A stretch of 46,959 bases of DNA from Desulfurellaceae bacterium (GTDB taxonomy: Bacteria > Campylobacterota_A > Desulfurellia > JAGGSF01). Every line of letters starts with the position of its first letter. Within the stretch, counting starts at the first letter, position 1. Shown here piece after piece: positions 40,208 to 46,959 of the stretch. Location: contig JAGMDW010000132.1 of NCBI GenBank assembly GCA_023128455.1, forward strand, positions 1-46,959, read 5' to 3'. The position numbers and the translations under genes are program-made. A model generated the notes under the pieces. It was not told where the DNA came from and ran no database searches. It worked only from the letters and a program-made list of their open reading frames with translations.

Positions 40208-41545
40208 CTACTTTAAAAAATTACGGTCAATATAGTTTGTATCGTAATCTTTATTCTTAAATCGGTTATTGCTTATTAGTTTTTTGAAGAATTGAATGTT
40301 TGTCTTTATTCCCTCTACAATAAATTCATCCAGTGCCCTTTTCATACGCTCAATTATTTCATTTCTCGTGTTACCTCTGACAATAAGTTTGGCAATAAGT
40401 GAATCATAATATGGGGTTACGGTGCACCCACTGTAGATGGCTGTATCCACGCGCACGCCAGGTCCACCAGGGATAAATAACTTTTCTATTTTCCCAGGAG
40501 AAGGAACAAATCTCTCGTCCTCAGCGTTTATTCTGCATTCCATACTATGAAATTTAAGACTCACATCTTCTTGACTTATATTTAATTTTTCACCAGCAGC
40601 AAGTTTAATTTGCTCTTTCATAATATCTATCCCCGTACATGTTTCTGTAACAGGATGCTCCACCTGAATACGGGTGTTCACTTCTATGAAGTAAAAGTTC
40701 TCCTGCTCGTCCAGCAAAAACTCTATGGTACCCACATTTTCATAGTTAAGAATTCTAACTATCTTAAGGGCTATATCTAAGATTTCTTTTCTCTTTTCTT
40801 CTGAAAGAAATGGCGATGGGGATTCTTCCAAGAGTTTCTGATGTCTTCTTTGTAATGTGCAATCTCTCTCAAATAAATGTATTGCATTGCCGAATTTGTC
40901 AGCAAGGATTTGCACCTCTACATGTTTTGGATGTTCGATAAACTTTTCCATGTATATATCAGCCTTGCCAAAAGACACTCTCGCTTCTTCATGCGCTGCG
41001 AGAAAGGCATTTTCTATATTCTCTTCTTCTCTTATAACTCTTAACCCTCTTCCGCCGCCGCCCCACACTGCCTTGAGCAAGACGGGATAACCTATCTTCT
41101 CGGCAATTTCTTTTGCCTCGCCTGCAGATTGCACAATACCATCACTACCTAAGATGGTAGGGATATTAGTCTTCTTCAGCTGTTTTTTCACTTCCAGCTT
41201 GTTAGACAAATGTTTCATTACGGGTATTGGAGGTCCAATAAATGTAACATCCAAGTCTCTACAAACCCCAGCAAAAGAGGGATTTTCTGATAAAAATCCA
41301 TATCCTGGATGAACAGCATCTGCATTTGTCTGCAAAACAGCCTCTGCTATAGCCACAATATTTAAGTAGCTTTTATCCGAACTCGAAGGACCAATACATA
41401 TCTTTTCATCGCTTATTTTTACAGGGATACTTTCTCTATCTTCATATGAGTAAACGACAACTGTCTTTATACCCAATTCCTTACAGGCTCTTATGACTCT
41501 CAGCGCTATCTCACCCCTATTAGCAACAAGGATTTTTTTAAACAT
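40208..41545 (-). CDS. accC: Acetyl-CoA carboxylase, biotin carboxylase subunit
   Basis: 445 aa. MFKKILVANRGEIALRVIRA, glycine loop GGGGRG, ATP-grasp fold. Confidence 0.96.
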   Translation of the reverse strand: MFKKILVANRGEIALRVIRACKELGIKTVVVYSYEDRESIPVKISDEKICIGPSSSDKSYLNIVAIAEAVLQTNADAVHPGYGFLSENPSFAGVCRDLDVTFIGPPIPVMKHLSNKLEVKKQLKKTNIPTILGSDGIVQSAGEAKEIAEKIGYPVLLKAVWGGGGRGLRVIREEENIENAFLAAHEEARVSFGKADIYMEKFIEHPKHVEVQILADKFGNAIHLFERDCTLQRRHQKLLEESPSPFLSEEKRKEILDIALKIVRILNYENVGTIEFLLDEQENFYFIEVNTRIQVEHPVTETCTGIDIMKEQIKLAAGEKLNISQEDVSLKFHSMECRINAEDERFVPSPGKIEKLFIPGGPGVRVDTAIYSGCTVTPYYDSLIAKLIVRGNTRNEIIERMKRALDEFIVEGIKTNIQFFKKLISNNRFKNKDYDTNYIDRNFLK

Positions 41546-41973
41546 TAGGCTTTCTTGACTAAAAACAGTGTTGTTCCATATTCCACGCGCTGAGCATCTT
41601 TTACCATTACCTTCTTGATTATACAGGGAAATTCTGCCTCAATTTCATTCATTACCTTCATTGCCTCAACAATACACAGAACATCGCCTTTTTTTACATC
41701 CTGCCCCTGTTCTACATAGGGAGGTGCTCCGGGGGACGGTGAGCAATAAAATGTACCCACCATAGGCGATTTTATCTCTATTAGTTCCTTTTCTTTGCTT
41801 GGTTTTTTAATCTCTTCTTCTTTTTCAATAGCAGATTTTGATTGAACTGAGGATATTACCTGAAGCTGTTCCTTTTTCAATGAAATGTAAAAATCGTCAT
41901 CTCTATACTTAAACTCCGTCATTTCACTCTTTTGCATTAAAACTATAAGCTTTTTGATTAATTTAATATCCAT
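41545..41973 (-). CDS. accB: Biotin carboxyl carrier protein
   Basis: 142 aa. Biotinylation motif EAMKVMNEI. GGAGG before the ATG. 1-nt overlap with accC. Confidence 0.95.
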   Translation of the reverse strand: MDIKLIKKLIVLMQKSEMTEFKYRDDDFYISLKKEQLQVISSVQSKSAIEKEEEIKKPSKEKELIEIKSPMVGTFYCSPSPGAPPYVEQGQDVKKGDVLCIVEAMKVMNEIEAEFPCIIKKVMVKDAQRVEYGTTLFLVKKA

Positions 41974-41992
41974 AACACCTCCAATTTGTTAA

Positions 41993-42021
41993 TAAATATC
42001 ACAAGATGTAATTTCTTTCAA
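41993..42021 (-). promoter_or_regulatory. Predicted accBC promoter, TTGAAA-17 nt-(TGa)TATTTA
   Basis: The minus strand reads TTGAAAGAAATTACATCTTGTGATATTTA. The -35 is at 42021-42016 and the -10 at 41998-41993, with a TG at the extended -10 position. Confidence 0.4.
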
Positions 42022-42048
42022 CGATTAAAATTCATAAATTTATAAGGG

Positions 42049-43593
42049 TCATCTATACATTTGCTCATTTTTGGGTACCCACCACTCTATAAAATTGTAC
42101 ATAATGCCTGCCTTTTCTTGCTCTATTCCCTTAAATCTTTTGTGTACTACGGATATGCCACGAGGGAAATATAAAACGATATAGGGAACTTTGTCCATAA
42201 TAATCTCGTTTATTCTTTCATAAATCTCCTTTCTCTTATTTATATTGAATGTTTCCCTTCCTTTTTTTAACAACTTATCCACTTCTTTATCCTTAAAATA
42301 TACAAAGTTAAACCCCTTTACCTGCGAGGAATGCCACAACGCATATTCATCAGGATCTACCCCCAATTGCCATCCCAATAGCACAGCATCAAAAGAACCA
42401 GATTCCAATAACCTTAAAAAAGCTTGCCATTCTAAAATCCTGATATTTATCTTTATTCCTACACTTTTAAGAAACTGCTGAATCATTATCGCCGCATAGT
42501 TTCTGTCTGTATTCCCCTGGTTGGTCAAAATGGTAAATTCAAACCTTTTACCATCTTTATCCAGGTACCCATCCTTATTGTTATCAGAAAAGCCCGCTTC
42601 TCTTAGCAATTTCCTCGCTTTTTCGGGATCATAGCTATAGATTTTCTTTTTTTGAAAGGCAAATGAACGTGGAGAATATATACAATCGTAAACATCACTA
42701 TATCCCAAAAGAATAGTATTCGCTATCTTCTCTCTATCTATAGCATAGCAGATAGCCTTTCTTACACGTTCATCAGAAAAAAGCTTGACCCGCAGGTTGA
42801 ATCCAACATAGGTGAAACCAGTACTAGGCGTGATAAATACCTGAAATTTTTCTCTCACCTTCCGTTTAAATTCATAGATATACTGCATGGGATTTAACCC
42901 CATCATATCTATGTGACCAGTATAGAGTTCCAAAAGCATCGTAGAGGCATCGGGAATGATTCTATAAATAACTTTATCTATGCGTGGTCTATCTCTAAAA
43001 TACAAAGGATTGGCAACGAGCACAATTTCCTGCCCCGCCTTCCATCTCAAGAGTTTATACGGACCTGTGCCTATGGGATGTCTATTGAATATATCTGTAT
43101 TTAAATCTTTCCCTTTTAAGATATGTTCAGGAATAATGCCCATCATCCAAGAAGGCAGGGCAGGAGCAAAAGGAACTTTATATTCCACAGAGATGATATA
43201 TTTATTTAGTATCTTCACATCCTTTATCAAAAGGAAATCGCCACTATATGGTGTAGCCACTGTACCATCGGTGAGTTTTTTATAGGTAAAGAAGACATCA
43301 CGAGCCGTAAATTCCACACCATCCTGCCATAGAATATTCTTTCTTAAATAAAAGTTAATTCTTTTTCCCTCATCCTCTATCTTGAAGCTTTCCGCCAGAT
43401 CTCCCACAATATTTAGATTTTTATCGTATTTCAAAAGTCCGTTGAATATCAAAGAGGAAATATCGCTGGATGCAGAATCTGTGGACAACATAGGAATAAG
43501 TCTCTTTGGCTCACCAATAGAACCCATAATAACGGTTGAAGAAAACGAAACAGAAGGAAAAAGCAAAAATAGCAGAATTAACGCTACTCTCAC
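42049..43593 (-). CDS. ABC-transporter solute-binding protein, family 5 (peptide/nickel type); no cognate permease or ATPase in window
   Basis: 514 aa. Signal peptide and the length and pattern of OppA/DppA/NikA-like SBPs (...LVANPLYF...YTGHIDMM...). GTG start in a GTGA overlap with the secG stop. Confidence 0.82.
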   Translation of the reverse strand: MRVALILLFLLFPSVSFSSTVIMGSIGEPKRLIPMLSTDSASSDISSLIFNGLLKYDKNLNIVGDLAESFKIEDEGKRINFYLRKNILWQDGVEFTARDVFFTYKKLTDGTVATPYSGDFLLIKDVKILNKYIISVEYKVPFAPALPSWMMGIIPEHILKGKDLNTDIFNRHPIGTGPYKLLRWKAGQEIVLVANPLYFRDRPRIDKVIYRIIPDASTMLLELYTGHIDMMGLNPMQYIYEFKRKVREKFQVFITPSTGFTYVGFNLRVKLFSDERVRKAICYAIDREKIANTILLGYSDVYDCIYSPRSFAFQKKKIYSYDPEKARKLLREAGFSDNNKDGYLDKDGKRFEFTILTNQGNTDRNYAAIMIQQFLKSVGIKINIRILEWQAFLRLLESGSFDAVLLGWQLGVDPDEYALWHSSQVKGFNFVYFKDKEVDKLLKKGRETFNINKRKEIYERINEIIMDKVPYIVLYFPRGISVVHKRFKGIEQEKAGIMYNFIEWWVPKNEQMYR

Positions 43594-43916
43594 GGTGTTT
43601 TTATAGGCAGCTCTGGTAACGGTTTTTGTGGTTTCTGAGGCACAGCCTTTTCTGTTTTTGTTTTTTCCATTATTGTTTTTGTTTTACTTTTGTAAAAAAT
43701 AAGAGAGATGCTAACGGAATTTGCCATAAATATAAATACTAAAACCCATGTAACCTTTGTTAAGAATGGCAAAGCTCCTCTTGCGCCAAACATCGTCCCT
43801 GCCGCGCCTGCACCAAAAGAAACACCCATCTCTGCCCCCCTTCCCTTCTGTAACAAGATAAGAAAGATGATGACAAATGCCAGTATAACCTGAACAACAA
43901 TTGAAATATAAAGCAT
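43590..43916 (-). CDS. secG: Preprotein translocase subunit SecG
   Basis: 108 aa. LLQKGRGAEMG..FGAG...FGARG...FLTKVT pattern. The classic position after tpiA. Confidence 0.9.
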   Translation of the reverse strand: MLYISIVVQVILAFVIIFLILLQKGRGAEMGVSFGAGAAGTMFGARGALPFLTKVTWVLVFIFMANSVSISLIFYKSKTKTIMEKTKTEKAVPQKPQKPLPELPIKTP

Positions 43917-44665
43917 TATAAATCCTTTACTCGAATAAATTCATTTACTATTTTAACAAAGCTTTCTTTATGTAAGCTTGCCCCTCCAACGAGAAAACCA
44001 TCAATGTCCTTTTCCTTTGCCAAATCTTTAGCATTTTCTGCTTTTACACTACCTCCATATAAAACAGGAATATCTTTTCCTGTTATGCGTTTTGTTAATT
44101 TCTTTATAAACCTGTGCGATTCCTGAGCCTGCTGGGGAGTAGCTATTTTTCCAGTGCCTATCGCCCATACTGGCTCATAAGCAATAATTAATCTTTCCAT
44201 CTCTGTTTTATCAAGAGTTTTTGTAATTTGAGAAGCTAAGACATCTTCTGTTTTGCCATTTTCTCTGTCTTTCAATTTCTCTCCAATACAAAGTATGGGT
44301 AAAATATCCCATCTCTTGCAAGTCAATAATTTATTCCTCAACATGGCATCATCTTCGTTAAAATAATTTCTCCTCTCTGAATGTCCAACCAATGTTAAAG
44401 AACATCCTATACTCTTTAACATAAGAGGTGAAACCTCCCCCGTATATGCACCCTCATCCTGAAAGTATATATTTTGAGTGCCGGCCTGAATTACCGAACC
44501 AAACAAAGCATCTTGAACATCTTTTAGAAAGATAGTCGGCGGAAAGACAAAGAGATCAACCTTCCTTGATTGTTGATTCAAGTTTTGTTTCAACTCACAT
44601 GCCAGATTCACCGCCTCTTCAAATGTAAAATGCATCTTCCAATTACCAGCAACAATATATTTCAT
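43916..44665 (-). CDS. tpiA: Triosephosphate isomerase
   Basis: 249 aa. AGNWKMH, VGHSERR, AYEPVWAIGTG, GGASL. Confidence 0.96.
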   Translation of the reverse strand: MKYIVAGNWKMHFTFEEAVNLACELKQNLNQQSRKVDLFVFPPTIFLKDVQDALFGSVIQAGTQNIYFQDEGAYTGEVSPLMLKSIGCSLTLVGHSERRNYFNEDDAMLRNKLLTCKRWDILPILCIGEKLKDRENGKTEDVLASQITKTLDKTEMERLIIAYEPVWAIGTGKIATPQQAQESHRFIKKLTKRITGKDIPVLYGGSVKAENAKDLAKEKDIDGFLVGGASLHKESFVKIVNEFIRVKDL

Positions 44666-45849
44666 TCTAACGCCTCTATACCAGGCAATGTTCCTTTCTC
44701 TAAAAACTGCAAACTCGCCCCTCCTCCTGTAGAAATGAAGGTAATTCCATCGCTTTCTTTTGCTTTTTTTATAGCACTATCCGTATCCCCTCCGCCCACG
44801 ATGCTCATTGCAGGGCTTGATGCTACCTCGTGGGCAATAGAATTTGTGCCCCTTGCAAACTTATCTATCTCATAGACACCGAGAGGACCATTCCACACAA
44901 TAGTAGCCGTATCTTCCAATACCTCACTGAATAACTTGCAAGAAGCAGGACCGATGTCCGCGGCAAACCACTTGCAAGGAATTTCTTGATAAGGTACTAT
45001 TTTAGTCACTGCGTCTTCTTCTATTCTCTCTGCTACCACAAAATCTACAGGTAGGTACAATTTTATCTTTTTATCTTTGGCCTGGGAAATAGCAAATTTT
45101 GCCTGTTCTATAGAATCTTCATCAAACAGAGACGAACCCGCAGAAAAACCCATAGCATGGAGAAAAGTAAACGCCATTCCTCCACCTATAATTACCTTGT
45201 CCAAATGATCTAACAGATTTATCAATGCTCCCAACTTTGTAGATATTTTTACACCACCCAGGATGAGGGCAAAGGGTCTTGCAGGATTTTCCAATATTTT
45301 TCTCCAATATTCCATCTCTTTCAATAACAGAAGACCAGCTGCCTTTTCCTTGCACATCTTAGGCAGAACATGCACCGATGCATTTCTTCTATGAGAGGTG
45401 CCAAATGCATCACTTACATATACATCAAATAACCTCTTCAGCTGCCGGGCAAACACCTCATCGTCTCTTCTCTCTCCATCGTAGAAACGCAGGTTTTCTA
45501 ACAGGATAACATCTCCCTTTTTCATGGACGAAATTGTTTTCTCTACCCTTTCCCCTACGCAATCATCAACAAACAAAACCTTTTTCTTTAAAGCTTTGGA
45601 TAAATTCTCGGCAACCGGATATAATGAGTACTGGGAATCTCTTTTTTTTGGTCTGCCAAGATGAGATGCCAGGATAATTTTTGCCCCCCTACTCAAAGCA
45701 TACTTGATTGTGGGTAGTGTTTCTCTTATCCTCCTTTCGTCGCTGATATTTCCATCTTTATCTAAAGGCACATTAAAATCACAGCGAATAAATACTTTTT
45801 TACCATCTATATCCAGGTCTTTTATACTTTTCACTTCCTCCCTACCCAT
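44662..45849 (-). CDS. pgk: Phosphoglycerate kinase
   Basis: KDLDIDGKKVFIRCDFNVPL, ASHLGRP, STGGGASL. The ORF-track start at 45885 is a GTG well inside gap. The ATG at 45849 gives the usual N-terminal length, but the start remains uncertain. Confidence 0.93.
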   Translation of the reverse strand: MGREEVKSIKDLDIDGKKVFIRCDFNVPLDKDGNISDERRIRETLPTIKYALSRGAKIILASHLGRPKKRDSQYSLYPVAENLSKALKKKVLFVDDCVGERVEKTISSMKKGDVILLENLRFYDGERRDDEVFARQLKRLFDVYVSDAFGTSHRRNASVHVLPKMCKEKAAGLLLLKEMEYWRKILENPARPFALILGGVKISTKLGALINLLDHLDKVIIGGGMAFTFLHAMGFSAGSSLFDEDSIEQAKFAISQAKDKKIKLYLPVDFVVAERIEEDAVTKIVPYQEIPCKWFAADIGPASCKLFSEVLEDTATIVWNGPLGVYEIDKFARGTNSIAHEVASSPAMSIVGGGDTDSAIKKAKESDGITFISTGGGASLQFLEKGTLPGIEALE

Positions 45850-46835
45850 AACACCAAGTCTCTTAACCTGCAGGAATAAGCCCACTCGTTATCATACCAG
45901 GAAAGAACCTTAACCATAGTCCCACCCATTACCCTGGTGGAAAGACCATCTACAACCGCAGAACAGCTATTTCCAACGATATCTCGAGAAACTATTGGTT
46001 CCTCGGTGTATCCCAATATTCCATTCATCTCATTTTCGGAAGCTTTCCTGAAAGCATTGTTCACCTCTTCCACGGCAACATTCTTTTTAAGAATTGCTAT
46101 TATATCGGATATAGCCCCATTGACAGTGGGCACGCGCATCGCCATCCCATCGAACTTTCCCTTCAAGGCAGGAATAACCTGGGTTACCGCTACGGCAGCA
46201 TTGGTAGTTGTAGGAATAATAGACACCGCAGCTGACCGAGCTCTTCTTAAGTCCTTATGAGGAGCATCCAATAATCTTTGGTCACTGGTGTAAGAATGAA
46301 CAGTAGTCATCAATGCTTTTTCTACACCAAAACTCTCTTCTAATACCTTCATTACCGGCGTGAGGCTATTGGTAGTGCAGGAAGCATTGGAAATAATGTT
46401 GTGTTTCTCAGGATCATAATCTTTCTCATTGATCCCCATATTGATCATTACCGCATCTTTATCTTCATTTTTATATCGAGCACTCAAAACTACCTTCTTT
46501 GCTCCAGCTTGTAGATGCTTGCGGCAGTCTTCCAATTTGGTAAACAATCCCGTTGACTCTAAGACAACATCTATGCCCATATCTTTCCAGGGCAGTTTTG
46601 CAGGGTTTTTCTCTGCTAAAATCTTAATCTCCTTACCATTTACTGTAATAGAATTGTCACCTGCTTCAATATCGTAAGGAAGTATGCCAAAAGTAGAATC
46701 ATATTTCAAAAGATGAGCTAAGGTATGAGCATCTGTAATATCATTTGTAGCTGTTATATCTATCTCGTCATAATCTGCACATGCGCGAAAGAACATTCGA
46801 CCTATCCTGCCAAATCCATTGATCGCTACTTTCAT
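45831..46835 (-). CDS. gap: Glyceraldehyde-3-phosphate dehydrogenase
   Basis: 334 aa. MKVAINGFGRIGR, catalytic SNASCTTN, WYDNEW. AAGGAG 9 nt before the ATG. Confidence 0.97.
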   Translation of the reverse strand: MKVAINGFGRIGRMFFRACADYDEIDITATNDITDAHTLAHLLKYDSTFGILPYDIEAGDNSITVNGKEIKILAEKNPAKLPWKDMGIDVVLESTGLFTKLEDCRKHLQAGAKKVVLSARYKNEDKDAVMINMGINEKDYDPEKHNIISNASCTTNSLTPVMKVLEESFGVEKALMTTVHSYTSDQRLLDAPHKDLRRARSAAVSIIPTTTNAAVAVTQVIPALKGKFDGMAMRVPTVNGAISDIIAILKKNVAVEEVNNAFRKASENEMNGILGYTEEPIVSRDIVGNSCSAVVDGLSTRVMGGTMVKVLSWYDNEWAYSCRLRDLVLWVGRK

Positions 46836-46875
46836 TTTTCATATCTCCTTTATTTTTATTAAGTTCCCAATCATT

Positions 46876-46904
46876 AGATTACAACGAGACTATTTTTTTT
46901 TCAA
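46876..46904 (-). promoter_or_regulatory. Predicted gap-operon promoter, TTGAAA-17 nt-TAATCT
   Basis: The minus strand reads TTGAAAAAAAAATAGTCTCGTTGTAATCT. The -35 is at 46904-46899 and the -10 at 46881-46876. The -35 abuts the inverted repeat at 46902-46918. Confidence 0.35.
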
Positions 46905-46935
46905 GCAATTCATGCTTGTCAAGGCAGACTTGTCA
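46902..46935. promoter_or_regulatory. Operator-like repeats upstream of gap
   Basis: Inverted repeat CAAGCA-ATTCA-TGCTTG at 46902-46918. Direct repeat CTTGTCA at 46915-46921 and 46929-46935 (14-nt period). Confidence 0.3.
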
Positions 46936-46959
46936 TTGTACTATGAACGTGTGAAAAAA

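Overview
This 46,959-bp window is an AT-rich, very compact stretch of bacterial core chromosome centred on the replication locus dnaA-dnaN-gyrB-gyrA. I annotate 46 protein genes and 3 tRNAs, one of them cut by the window edge. By my coordinates, under about 2% of bases lie outside a gene. Many neighbouring genes abut or overlap by 1-44 nt (ATGA, GTGA and TAATG junctions).

Layout:
- Plus strand: tRNA-Glu, hup, tRNA-Val, tRNA-Asp.
- 25 consecutive minus-strand genes: pfkA, tsaD, a yibQ-like gene, ctpA, an envC-like gene, ftsX, an ftsE-like gene, a split transketolase, hemD-hemC-hemA, a polyprenyl synthase, gyrA, gyrB, dnaN, dnaA, a 4-gene cytochrome c/Fe-S/NrfD module, a cinA-like gene, iorB-iorA and an amidase.
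- 13 plus-strand genes: ruvX, mltG, miaB, a BFN-like gene, a dGTPase-like gene, a TldD/PmbA gene, guaA, phoH, a 7TM-HD gene, ybeY, cysE, an M50 protease and trpS.
- 7 minus-strand genes: accC, accB, an orphan solute-binding protein, and secG-tpiA-pgk-gap.

I saw no transposase, integrase, phage gene, CRISPR array, toxin-antitoxin pair or recognisable defence gene. This reads as an ordinary housekeeping region, not an accessory island, and I found no convincing undescribed multi-gene system.

The items most worth a second look:
1. A catalytic-subunit-less tetrahaem c / Tat Fe-S / NrfD / monohaem c module next to dnaA.
2. A DnaA-trio-like TAG repeat, G5 cluster and TGTGTT repeats in the dnaA-dnaN spacer, which is a candidate origin-unwinding module.
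3. An apparently leaderless dnaA.
4. An FtsE-like ATPase that lacks the canonical Q-loop, D-loop and H-loop residues.

Everything rests on reading the sequence and ORF translations by eye. No searches were run.
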